Shown here piece after piece: positions 36,262 to 48,647 of a DNA stretch of 64,000 bases. Position 1 is the stretch's first letter; each line of letters opens with the position of its first letter. Source of the DNA: Rhizodiscina lignyota (taxonomy: Eukaryota); the NCBI GenBank assembly GCA_010015805.1, contig ML978127.1, positions 1,860,001 to 1,924,000 on the forward strand. Direction: 5' to 3'. Made by a program: the position numbers and the translations under genes. The notes under the pieces were generated by a model. The model had not been told where the DNA came from, did no database searches, and saw only the letters and a list, made by a program, of their open reading frames with translations.

Positions 36262-37289
36262 ATAAGTTCGCGGCGCCTGGCCTTCGGCTTCTTTGCCTGT
36301 TGCGGCATAGCGAGCAGCAAGCTCACTCCTCGCAGAGCGCCTTCAGCACTGGCTTCGGTTCTTTTGCGTAGAAGGTAATGTGGATTCTCTGATCGCTACG
36401 ATTGAACATTGCGCTAATCTTTCCATGCTAGACTCTCTGATCGTCTAGAGTCCAATGTCAACCTAACAAAATTGCCCTCGACGCGCTCCGCATTCCCAGC
36501 TTCACATACATCCTCGCGCGACGCGCTATCACCATGCCTGGATAATCGATTCCTTCCCCACATGCCAGGAATACAGTCCATATCTGAAACAGTGAGGCCA
36601 GATAGTGGCAATAGTGTGGTGACGGATACATATGAATCTGTAGAGGGCAAGGGCGCTTCGTGAGAGAATCTGAAGAGCTCGATACGGATGTTCAGGCCAA
36701 AATCCATGCCATTGAATTCTCATGTCCCTATTTCGAGGCCCTTCCTGTTCGTTCAATGTCGGAATAGGCCCAATCGCTGTATATTCTCGCCAAAATGACA
36801 TCATGCTCACATCTGTTCTTGTCAGATCACCATGCTCCGAAATGATCATTCACCGCAGTACCAATGCGCTAGTATGAAAGATGTCGATCAATACTCGCCC
36901 AAACTTGCTCGCTCTGTGTTCGACAGGTCGAAGAATCACGTACGGGCGCTAAGTTGAAGCGGTGCCACAGGTCAAGCAGTCTTCTCTGTGTATTTGCACC
37001 ACCGCAACACCGACACCACATGGATCAGACTATGCTCGTATTGGCGCAACATCGATGTGTGCCCTTAGTTGTGCTCAGCTACAGCTTAATACATAGCTCG
37101 GCGAATATGGAGATGTGACACAGTGTAGCTTTCAAGAGCGATAAATACGACGAAATGGTGACACCACCATCAGTACTTCTTCGTAATTACTGCTTAGGAG
37201 ATGGCTATATATACCAAGGTATGCCTCGCTCCCGAGTCTCCAAGTCATCGTTAGACCCACTCTTGAAAACGTCCATCAATCCGTCCACA

Positions 37290-37732
37290 ATGTTGACAAA
37301 GGTCAGGCAGTCCTCATTCTTCGTGGAGCGTGCACACTGATCCCTCGGACACAGATCCTCTACCCACTCCTCCTCGCTGGAGCTTCCCTTTCCGCTGAAG
37401 CTGCTACTTTCGAATCGCTCAGTACCCGTGACACCTGCACACGATTATTCGGCGTCGCCACCTTCTCCAACACCAAATGCCTTGGCAATGGCACTCCTAA
37501 GGTCGTCGGGTGGAACGGTAACGTGGCGGTCAATGTGTGTCAGCAGAACCAGGCGGCATTTAGCAGTGCAATCGGTATACAGCTCGGGCCTTCGAAGGAT
37601 GGATGCGTCCTGAGCGCGTATTCGGACACGAAATGCGCGACAAAGGCCTTGTCGCAGACAGGTAGCCTGCTGACAGCAAGCAATTGTGTGACTGCCGCAA
37701 GCAAAAGCTACAAAATTACCTGCGCAAAGTGA
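37290..37732 (+). CDS. Small secreted cysteine-rich protein (129 aa, effector-like)
   Basis: Exon 1 37290-37301 (MLTK), intron 37302-37354 (GTCAGG...CTGAT...CAG), exon 2 ILYPLLLAGASLSAEAA (signal-peptide-like)...ITCAK*; 7 Cys; TATATA at ~37207. Confidence 0.8.
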
Positions 37733-37857
37733 GCTCAGCTACAAACACAAGTTCAACCGCAAGTGGAAGCTGAAGTAGGTGGTTCTCAGAGCAATGAGTA
37801 ATCTCGAAACTAGGGTCATTTAATTCTCCTCCGAGTAATAGCTTGTCATGCTGTTCG

Positions 37858-39499
37858 TTACAGATCTTCGTGAATGTGTGGTATGCCTTGTCGGTCTCGA
37901 ATCTTCTCTCCTCTGAACCACAACCACAGTAGCGGGAAAATCGTCAGCCCATTTATCATGCCGAGCACCGGGAATGAGATATTCCAGCCTGAGTGCTCTC
38001 CAAACGGAACCGCATAAAAGCCAATATTGAAGGCGAAAACTATCAAAACATCAGCATCTTTGGATTTCGTCTCCAAGCACCAGCTGCACATACCAGACTT
38101 GTAGAGATTGATGACAGCGCCAATCTCCGCTGACTGCGGCTTGTAGCAATCAGTCGTGTACGTATATACCATGGTCGCGCCAGTCTGCAATCCGAATCCA
38201 GCCACACCCATGCAAACTGCAAGTGTAATCCACGGCTTCTTGGCTTCGACACAAGGGCCATATGCAATGACGCCCGCCAGTAACGTCAAGCAACCAGGAA
38301 GAAGTGCCAACCGAATCTCCGGTTTGCGGTACCCGCCATTCCTCTTCGCGTACGCGTTGATGATCAGATCACTCACCCATCCTGCGCTCGCCTCGCCGAT
38401 CATGCAGCCTATTGTTAGCGGAACGCCCATGAGCAGCCCTGTCTGTGCGACGTTGAAGTGGTAGAGCTCGGCCGCCAGGTGCGAACCGGTTACTGCGAAG
38501 AGAGCGCTGCCATACGTGTTGGCAGTCATCCAGTATATCGATGGAAGAGACACTGCCCAGTACTTGATCATGCGGTATGGAGTGATGAAGTCACGAAGGG
38601 TGATCCGACGGTCGACTATCTTGCCCTTCCAGCCGAGCTTCGAGATGTACGAGGTTCCTTCCAGCGTACTGAAGTCCGTGCGAGAGAAGAGCGTTTCCGG
38701 GAAAGTGAAGAGCAGGATGAAGAGCAATCCGCCTTGTAGGATCCCGGGTATGTAAAAGCACCATCGCCAACTGAGATTTTGCGCAATGTAGCCTCCAATA
38801 ATTGGCGCTAGATGGGGTCCGTTGTTTACACACAACCTGATGGGGTACGTCAGCGTCACAGTAGAAGCAGAGGGATTTTGGGGATTTGCAAAACAGGAGA
38901 CTGACGTATATATTCCCATGTACAGTCCACGTTCACCCTGAGTGAAAAGATCGCAAATGGTCGCAGCACCAATTCCTAAGGGGATTCCACCTCCGATACC
39001 ATAGAAGACACGTCCAGTGATCACGCCGCCATAAGTCGCCGCGGCGCCCGATCCAATCTGAGCAGCCACAGCGATGGTCGTGAAGAAGATGTACAAGATC
39101 CTACGGCCGTACACGTTGGAATATGGCACGATGAACATGGGAAAGATGCCGCTGAACAGAATGTATACTGTCGTGCAATAGCTTGCCTGTGCTTATGGTC
39201 ATCAGAAGAAATGGCGCAGAATTCTCACCACTCACTTGCTCGACTGTGATATGGAGGTCCTTAGACATAATCACGTACGCCGGATTGATGAGAGCTGAGC
39301 CCATCTGAGCGAGGAACCCAAGGCCAGACACCATAAGGGCGATGTAGACTTTTCCCCAATACGGCCAGTTAAGAGGGTCATCTTCGTGGTCCGAAGGCTG
39401 AGGGTCCAAAGGGATGCCATTGCGGTCGAGCTTCAACCTGGGGCCCTTGTGCACCTCTTCAACTTGATCGACCTTTTCCGTGTCAATTTTCTCAGACAT
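37858..39499 (-). CDS. MFS transporter, multi-exon
   Basis: PQPSDHEDDPLNWP N-terminal motif, YGRRILY (motif A), ICDLFTQGERG, SWRWCFY, PETLF, KPEIRL; multiple hydrophobic segments. Confidence 0.92.
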
Positions 39500-40102
39500 T
39501 GTTGCAGACCTCTCTGATGCCGCAACTCAAACCCAGTAGCGAGCGCGACACGGCTGCTAATGGTGCATATAAAGTCTGTGGAGGAACGACCAAATATCAA
39601 AAGGACACGATAGTGAAGTGCAAATCACTATTGACTAATTCCTCCACAGTTTCCCGTCTCCCCGGATCTCTGCATTCGACAAAGCGGGTAACGTAAATGG
39701 GCGGATATCAACCCAAGCCTGGAGTAGATGCGAGGGCAGATCCATATTCCAATCGTGTGTGACCATTGCTTCGGACTTCCCATAGCAAGAAGAGGAGAAG
39801 ATCGACGCCCCCGCATCTGTACCCCAGATAACATATACAAGTCTTATCTCCCCGGGACTTATTTGCATGTTTGTGGCAGCTGACTGGCAGTCGAGAGACG
39901 GTTTTTGCTTTGGAGAGCTGTGATTCGAGCATTTTTGTGCCGTCCCAATGGATGGCAATACCGAGAATCCCTCACGGAAATGCCGAAGCTGCGCAACACG
40001 ATACCTCTCTGGAATTGTCCAAAAAGGCAAAATCCAATCGTGCCCATATGCCATGACTCTCAAGTTATGAGCATTATTCATGATATCAATGGCGCCTCTG
40101 AA

Positions 40103-40903
40103 TTACGCTGCGTTGACATAGAGATTTGACGCCTCTACTTCTCTGACCCACAGCTTCCACGGTCGTTGGGCGCTCCACTTGGTCATATTTGTAGCAGCCG
40201 CCGATTCCTCCTCACTCAAATACTTGATCTCTTGCGTCGCCTTGCCGTATGCTGCTCGCGTTGTGAGGGCTGTGGTCTGGATAGCCGCATTTTTCTGCGT
40301 ATATATCGCTCGTAGCACACACTCCTCAATGTTATCAGCAACGACTGTCAGCCCGTGGCCTCTCATGAGAGCAACGGCATGTTTAGGCACGTCGCCGCCA
40401 TCCGAAAAGGTTGCGGCAAGCGAGCTGCCCAGATGCACGTTGCGGACGAGCATGTCTTTGATGTCGTCTGGTTGATATGCTTCTCCGATATCCCACACCG
40501 GCACTCCTGTTCCAAGAAAGCCACCCATATGAAAGCATGGTCGCAAGGGAACGCCGCTTATGGTGTACGGCACCACTGCTTCCGAATGACTGTGTATCAC
40601 GCTCTGCACGCTCGGATATCTCTTGTAGCATTCGCTGTGAATGCATCGCTCCGAATAGCCCTTGGAGGAGTTTGGATCGACTGGTTCAGCGTCTTTGACA
40701 TAGTACTCAATCAGATCATTTGGAGATGAGATTGTTCCCGGTGCGATATATCGAGACATGCAGAAACGATCTGATTTGAAAGGGTGTCGGAAGGAGAGGT
40801 GCCCATATGCGTCAACGACATTGTGATAATGCAGGATATGACAACCGGTTATGAATTTCCTGGTTAGCTGCTCTAATGTGGTCTTCTCGTGATTTGCATC
40901 CAT
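40103..40903 (-). CDS. Class II aldolase/adducin-fold protein (possible decarboxylase)
   Basis: VDAYGHLSFRHP, SERCIHSECY, VIHSHS, LMRGHG metal-binding His pattern; intronless 266 aa. Confidence 0.9.
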   Translation of the reverse strand: MDANHEKTTLEQLTRKFITGCHILHYHNVVDAYGHLSFRHPFKSDRFCMSRYIAPGTISSPNDLIEYYVKDAEPVDPNSSKGYSERCIHSECYKRYPSVQSVIHSHSEAVVPYTISGVPLRPCFHMGGFLGTGVPVWDIGEAYQPDDIKDMLVRNVHLGSSLAATFSDGGDVPKHAVALMRGHGLTVVADNIEECVLRAIYTQKNAAIQTTALTTRAAYGKATQEIKYLSEEESAAATNMTKWSAQRPWKLWVREVEASNLYVNAA

Positions 40904-42770
40904 GATGTATAGAGAATATCAATATATAGATATGCAGGAAGATTCGATTTGACTGTAGAAAATGCTACAGACCAATTCATACAAGAACTTACATCATATG
41001 CTCCAGAAGCTCCGCCCTCGGAACTGTCCCCAGGAGCCGGGGAGCTCTGTTCTCCGTAAGGTACTCCGTAGTTTATTTAGTCTTTCGCCTCGTGTTGCGC
41101 AAAGGCCGTTACGTCAGGGATAGGATGCACGTCAAGGGGACAGCTCGACGCGAGCGGAGCGTCGACGGAAGCGTGCTTCCCTGACCGGCAACAGGGGACG
41201 GCATCAGGGAGGGATCATTTGTCGAAATTGATCCACCAGGAACACAGATGTCTCAGTTTCACGACCTTCGTTAAACTCTCGGAGCTCAGACGATGCCTAC
41301 GTTCCCAGGCTTCCGGGAAGTGGTAACGTCAGCCTCCAGAATCTCAGAAGAATCTGGGGAAGAGATCCACCTCTGAGCTCTCATCATCCATTCGCTCGAA
41401 GGAATCCCGCATGACGGAGGCTAAGCTTAGGATGCAGAGCGTATAACGGCGTGAACTGACACCTCGGGCAAATTCCCATCGTCGCACGCTCATGAAACAA
41501 TGCGTAAGATGCACAGGTAAGGCTATGGATTGCGTCAGGAGATCGATATGATCGATATTCGGATCCATGAAGGCCATCTGCATGCCTTGAATAGGTACTG
41601 ATCTTCGCTGTAATCGAGATTGACCCTTCATGTTTCTCGAAGGGATCAGCAGAGCCTTCACTCAATGGGCCGAAAAACAGGACGAAACATTGCCAAGTGT
41701 AACACTTTGCTGATTCACAAATTCATGTTTCTGAGCCCCATCTCCACCGTAACATGTAGAACTTGCCAAATATCATGGCAACCAACCTGCTCAATAATTA
41801 ATCTCAAGGATGAAACAAGCGGAGTCTTCCAAGCTGAAGTTGCTATTGTTGTAATAACCACAGGAATACTGCTCGATATATTCCGCCACAAGAGGAATGT
41901 CTTGTACAACTCAGTCGTCGGCCTGTATGATGGTAGACATTGGAGGATACTGCATCTAGCTGATTAACCATGGTAGTCACCAATTTCACACCGTATCATG
42001 AACGCTAGGTTGTTGGAGGACTAGGCGTTGCGTCCTTCTCTCTGTTTAATACTATGTAATGTCGTTGTCGATGTTAGCCGACGGCAATGGACAAGGATCG
42101 AAATTGAGACGTGACCAATATCACCCCATAACTACTCTCAAGGCTTCACTCAGGTATTTGCAACTCACATTGGGAGCAGAGGGCAGCTCTGGCAAACTTG
42201 GTATTAGCACCCATGGACTTGGTGTGTCTGCGAGTGACACCATATGCACTTGCGAATATCGGATAGAAGCTTTTCTTGGTAAGGATGAGGAACATGTTCT
42301 CGAGTATCACTTCTGATGATGACATGAACATGTATCTGTGCCTATTGCCCTCCTCTTAATGCTGCCGGAGAAGAAAGATATTCCACTGGAAGCAATGGCA
42401 AAGCGCATTGACGATCCAAATACGATAGCGGTGCCGAGCGAGGACCTAATGCAGGAACAGACCTTATACATCCGTCGGAAATAAAGAGCATAATGACGTC
42501 GTGAAGGTAAGTGGAAAGAGGTTGAGGTCGTGGTACGTCAAGCACAATCCAGGAAATCGGTGAGTGCAAAAACTTTTGATCTATAGCGCTCCCAAAGAAA
42601 TTTGACTAAGAGCCACCAAAAACGTCGTTCCAGTAATAATTTCCGTCGCTGAAGGGGTATAGCACACAAATGATCGATCCATCCCAAAAGCTTTACCTCG
42701 GTGCCATGTTTTGGCCCACGTAGGTGTTGTATTTATAAAAAATTCCCGCATAAAATCGTACAGCCATGTC

Positions 42771-44255
42771 TCAAATGGGACTTTCCCTTCGCCAAACCAT
42801 CCGTCGCTGACTTTCCGCGCCGAAGGATGGCGCCTCTCTCGATCCGTCGTCGTCATCCTCCTCCTGCTCGCGCCCCGTGGCGGCTTTCGTCACCGCGGAC
42901 CGACCGACTGTGGGAGCGACGTTTATCGGATCGCTGTCTGAATAAAAGGATTCCGGAAAAGTGGGATCTACCTTTCGATTGTACGCCCTTACAGCGCCGC
43001 GAACCATTCCGGTTTGGTTGCTCTCCATGTCATACTGTTTGAACCCGTTTGGGGTAGGTGTCTTGATGTTCTGTAAAGGGTACGAGCCGTTGCGGCTTGC
43101 CTCCCTGACTGCGCTCCTGTGGGCGCTTCCGTGGCTGTTGCTGTTGCTTTGGCCGTAATCGATATCCGTCTGGACAAGGTGACGAGCGCTGAGCACGAAC
43201 ATTTTGCCTGTGTCGAAGCTGATGAGGAAGGACTTGAGGTTGGGGACAGTAGCGGTGAAGAGACTGAGGACGAGGTGGACGCTTTGAGAAGAGATGGCGG
43301 AGACATAGTTGAAACTGCGATTGGAGTGGTGGAGGTAGTCCCTAATGTATATGATGTTGAGAATGGCAGTGATTACAAGACTAGAGAGCGGTTAGCAATG
43401 ATGTATGCAACTCGGTTGAATGGACTCACGGAAGGCGGAAGGCGAAGGCAGCGATGACTTTTATTTTCATCGCTCGCTTGATGTGAATGCCCCATATAAC
43501 CATGAAGGCAAGGGCAACGATGACCAGCTCTCCGATTATCTCCGTGACACTGACGGCAGCCCATCGAGCAACCTGAACGAGGACAATTAGTCGATATCAC
43601 TCGAGACGTTAGGAATGGTGACAAACCTGGCCTGGACAATGGTCATTGCCGTCATCAAGGAGATGCGACGAGCTGCAGCCGACAGAAATTCCCAGTATAG
43701 CCCCGAGGCCCCAAACGGTAAAGACGGCGGCGACGACTTCACAGACACGGCGACGCTTCACCATGTCCTCAGCGAAGAGTCGACGAGTGAGCAAGACGAC
43801 GGAGACTTTTGAGAGAGTGAGTGTCAAGAATAGTAGTATGCGGCCTGCAAAGAGTGCCTATTGAGGCTGGGTCAGTGACGGATGACAGTTGTGTCCAGTA
43901 GGGAGGGCGTACTTTGCTCGCGCGCTCGAGTTCATCCTCCTTGACTCGAAAATTCGACCTGCCAAGGCCATTGGACAATGCATCGTAAGTCGTAGCTAGA
44001 GTTCCATAAGCCGTCACCTGCGTTTGTAGTGAGTTTGCCTGTGACGATGCGCAACTGACGCGGCCGGAAGAGACGAACCGTAGCAGCGAGAAAGACCCAA
44101 TCGTCCGCCCCAATCGTTTTCCGTTTGATGAGATAGCGGATAAGCAGGACCAGAAATGCATAGACGCCGCAGAGAATGGACAAGATCCAGACGATGCCTG
44201 CGTGATCAGTTGGAGTAACCGGCGACCAGCGGTTTTCGCTATCCAAGTTGGCCAT
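42771..44255 (-). CDS. Pth11-like/rhodopsin-like fungal integral membrane protein, multi-exon
   Basis: DHAGIVWILSILC...IRYLIK..IGADDW, LSNGLGR, LSKVSVVLL, WG...GC exons and a Ser-rich cytosolic tail. 3' end approximate. Confidence 0.75.
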
Positions 44256-46201
44256 GGACGGCTATCTGGGTGGAGGTGTCGAGTCGCCCGGGTCGCAAGA
44301 TCACATCCTTCTCCAGCCGGTCCGAGCGGATTCAGAGAGTCCCCGTAAGATCCGCAGAGTGGAGGCAGGCGCGTTGTCGAAGAAGATATATACAGCAGGA
44401 GTTGGAGGAGGAAGTGGTGCGCATGCCAAACCTTAAGGAGGGAGATTGAGCGTACGAACAGGCGATAGATGCAGGGGACGCCCGCAAAGGAACAGCCAGG
44501 ACCCGTCTTTTGTATGTCTGATTAGGGCTTAGGCACTCGCGCAGTGATCAACCACTGCACGACTCATGATATTTGCCATGGTCGAATGAGGAGGGGGGCC
44601 AAGACTCTCGACAGGCTGGTGTACCTGTCGTTCCCTGAATCCTCATCCGCGTCGCCGCCCTTGTCCGGGACCGCTTCCGCGGACGCCACTGCGCTGGCTC
44701 CCAGTCCGTTCCTGTCGCGATGGCGCCTGTCGGAGGCATCGTCGAGATTGTCAGGAACTCTGCTTCCTCCAGTACCCGTCGATCTCCCGGGCTGAGACGC
44801 TCATCAAATAACGCAATCCAGCGGCGACTGGCGACTGAAGTAGCGTTGGGCAGCACGCCTAGCACTCTACGCGAGCGGCAGAGCGGCCTCCAGAGCTGCT
44901 CCAAAGCTGCTCCAGACGGGCTCTGGAGGGCGGGCGGCTGACTCGCGGCCAGTGGGAGCGCAGCTGGGCCGCGAGAGGAGCAGGGCAGGCACGGCAGCGG
45001 ATAAAGGACGCCACGCTGCCCTTGGCCTGGTTGTTTCATAGGCATGCGCATGATTTTCCTGGAGAAATGCGGACAGCCATCACGCGCTCGTCTATCGTCG
45101 AGTACGGTACGGTCCCTCAGGCACAGAATTCACCCCTGGCGTGCCACAGGCACAGGCTGACAGAAAGCGTGGTAGCAGGCCCGTGGATTGTGTGCTGCTG
45201 GCGTCGAAAATAGCCAGCTGCAGCAGCATCGCCAGGCCGCGAGTCGCTCGCTCGCCGGCCGGCCAGCTCACGAATCATGTGCCGATGACAGCGCATCGGC
45301 AGCGGCACCCAAGCAGTTAGAGCAGCGTGGAAGGGCCGACTAATTGACTTTGTGCCGCAGATCTAAGGGGGTGCGGGAGTCGGGAAGAGGGGCGGGAGCT
45401 CGGGAGTTGGCGAGCGCCAGCTGCCAAGGGGACGTCCAGCAAGCGCAAGCGACTGCAATGGGTGAGGCTGACATGCCACCGAGAAGCTCCATAGGTGCGC
45501 TCTATAGGTGGGCTGGCCACCTCGAAACTCGGCCCACGCGAGGTGGAGCGTCGAGACGCAACTCACACAGCACTGATTCAGATCCAGCACGCGGGGCATG
45601 CACCATCCACCATCAGCACTCTGTTGAGCTTATTATCGAGCACTTCCTCCATCTCGACGCCGTGCCACGCCCGTTCCTGCGGCGTTCTTGACGGACAGGC
45701 GGATTCGGCCCATGCCTGAAGCAGCGCAATTTCGTCTCCAATATATGGCGGGCAGGATTCCCCGATGCCACCAAGCGCACTCGCGTGAAGCCAGAACCAC
45801 TGCTCTGGAATCCATCATCTGAGCGCGTCCAGACGGTCCCTTTTGAAACCCATGCTGTAGTGTCTGTGGCCTCTAATCCGCATGAGTACACGTGCAGAGA
45901 TAGGCGCGCCAACGACCCGGTCCGCTGGGACGGGGTCGGGCGAGCAAGCAATCACGTACATGAGTGTAGCACGGCGAATTTATCCAACAACCAGCTAACG
46001 CGGGGCCTTGACGCTGCGTCGTACAGTAGTGACATGCCCGGTGTAACGCGCGATAAGGGTTGCAATCCTCCTTCCTGAATGGAGCGTCGACGGACGAGGG
46101 GCCACTCCGCTTTGACAACCGCACCGAGTCCCAATCCTGACTCGCGCCCCAACCATCGCTCTCGCGGACCTGCGGTGAAATTGTCTGGGGCGCTCTTCTT
46201 C

Positions 46202-48193
46202 ATGGACATCAAGGAACCTGAAACACACGCCGCTGCTGCTCTTCAACATGCTGTCGCCCGCCATGGAGAGGTTGGAGCAACACCACACATGCTTGGCTCG
46301 TCGGAGGACCAGCGCGACATGTTTCGCATGCGCAAGGTGCAGCCGCGGCGACCGCTCGGCGAAATTTGAAAGAGCATGGCGTCAACGGAAGTATAGAGAA
46401 TTTCTCTTTTTGCCATGTTTGGTTTTTCCATGCTGCTGCTAAGCACTTGCGAGGCTCAACTCGGGTCCGCAAATCGTATCGGCCAACGAGCCTAAGCGAT
46501 TCATGCATCCGAAACTCTCCCCGTCAGCATTGAATCTGATTATCGACTCAGCTCCACATGCTCCAAAGATATTTAACTAATGGATCGATCAGCGTTGCGA
46601 CATTTGCTCTGCTCAATGCGGGAACGGCTGGCCTTCTGTACATATATCTCGCTACCTGGGTCAGTTTCGGAGCTGTCGTAGCGTCGATGGCAGAATGCCG
46701 TCAAATGACGCACCTTCGCTAATCTCTCTCCTGAATCTTGCCTGAATCCATGACCTGAAGCATCTAGGGCCTCGACTGCTGTAGACAATACCATTGGGCC
46801 TCAGAGTACGCTCCTCCAGGCTCGCAGCGTTTCCTCAGTTACCTCGTCGAATGGCTGTGTCATGGATTGGCAGTCAGGGGCAGCATCCACTGCGTTTCTC
46901 GCTGGCACGGAGATCCAAGGCCTGATCGTCCTGAATCACCTCGAAACATACACGTTTGAACGTTGGCATGGGACACTTATCGTCATTGCTATCACTCTCA
47001 TCTGTGGTATCGTAAACTCCATCCTGGCAAAGACTCCCTTTCCTGGAATGGTGCGCTGTAATACTGCACGCTGTTGGCCTCTTCGCTATCATGATTACCT
47101 TGCTGGTCCTCACTCCCAAGTCGTCTCCCCACGATGTCTGGACACTGGTGCTGGATGGGGTAGCACCGGCCTGTTGTGCCTGATTGGCACTCTTGCGCCA
47201 ACCACATCTATCATGGGCTCAGATGCGGCAGCCCATATGTCTGAGGAGCTTCTCGATGCGAGCCATACTTTACCACAGGCTATGCTGGCAACCCTCGTGA
47301 TAAACGGTACTCTTGGTTTCGTAATGCTTGTGACGTTTGTATACACTAGGTGATGTTAACAGTATCATTTCTTCTCCGACAGGACATCCGTCTATCCAGG
47401 CATTCGCGAATGGTACTGGCAGTACATCAGGTGCATGTCATGACGACAGTCATGATGGTTCTCTCCACGTTCGGCTGTCCCACGAACGTCGTTTCGGCGT
47501 CCTGTCAACTCTCTCTTCGCGTTCGTCCGGGATCAAGGGACGCCGTTTTCGAATTTTGTGGTATATGTATGTGTCCAAGTGGACATACTTTCGCTCCATG
47601 GGCTGATTGCACTCTCAGGTGCCGCCAGGATGGGACATTCCACTAGACTGCGTGCTCATCACCGTGACGATTCAAATCCTCCTTTCCCTCACCAACATCG
47701 GCTCCACAATAGCATTCAATCAGGTCGTATCGTGGGGCGTATGCGCTCTAGTGACATCGTACCTGATCTCCATATCTTGCGTTGCATGAAGGCGCTTCAA
47801 GAACGGGCGCTTCTTCCACGGAAGTGTGATCTTGGTAGAGCAGGGCTAGCGATCAATGTCTTTGCCATATTGTTCCTGATCCTGGATCTGCTGTTGTGAT
47901 TCTTCCCATGGCAGCCAACTCCAGTACTGGATAATATGAATTGGTCGATTTTGATGTATGGAGGTGTGATTGTTCTGGCGCTGGTATGGTTCGCCTTGAA
48001 GGGCTGCAAGATCTATGTCGGGTCAGTGGGATATGTGAGGAAGAATGTCGAAGGAAATGGCCATCTTTGGCACTTGTTGCTCGATAAATTTGACATGATG
48101 CAGAAGAAATTCATTGAGAGTGAGGACGTGTCGTGCCAATCCGGCATGACCTCTGACGACCTGGCTCTGAAAGACTCCCGCGTTTTGGTCTGA
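46202..48193 (+). pseudogene. Disrupted amino-acid (GABA/choline-type APC) permease
   Basis: Recognisable blocks (DQRDMFRM, QYHWASEYAPPGSQRFLSYL, WQSGAAST, FERWHGTL, GSDAAAHMSEE, NIGSTIAFN, MNWSILMYGGV) are spread over changing frames, with in-frame TGA stops at 47787-47789 and 47897-47899 and no matching intron signals. Confidence 0.8.
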
Positions 48194-48647
48194 CTGGAAA
48201 TTAGAAAATGTGCAATTGGACTCAAATCATGCCCGGTCTTCATTATTGAGTTTGCTTATACGAAGGTAGCGAATTGCCATTCGACATTCACGAGAAACGT
48301 ACGATGGACTATTTTTGTAGGGCAGGCAGATCCCGCGGACACGCGATCCTTGTCTAGGCGCGCTAGGCTCAGGGTTAGCGAGAGGCCATGCGAGCAGGCA
48401 TTTGATATCGACCCACTCGGCTCTCCATAGAAATTATTCTGTACCACACGACTCTCACTGCTATACTTCTCCTATCTTGAGAGGAATTAGAGTCGACTGT
48501 ACGTTCTGCAACGATATCACGGAAACCCGCAGCGAAGCGGTACCTGCCATGTTCGCGCTGATCATATAACTTGATCAAGCGGTACGGGGCGTTGTGCTCG
48601 CCCTCGACACTCTACATTTTCAAACTGAACATACTCTCATCACCATA

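Noticed and set aside
36430..37100. Short minus-strand ORFs (36414-36849)
   Set aside because: Interrupted by stops, with no recognisable motifs.
41340..42770. Scattered short minus-strand ORFs suggesting a gene relic
   Set aside because: Could not assemble a consistent spliced frame or recognise a family.
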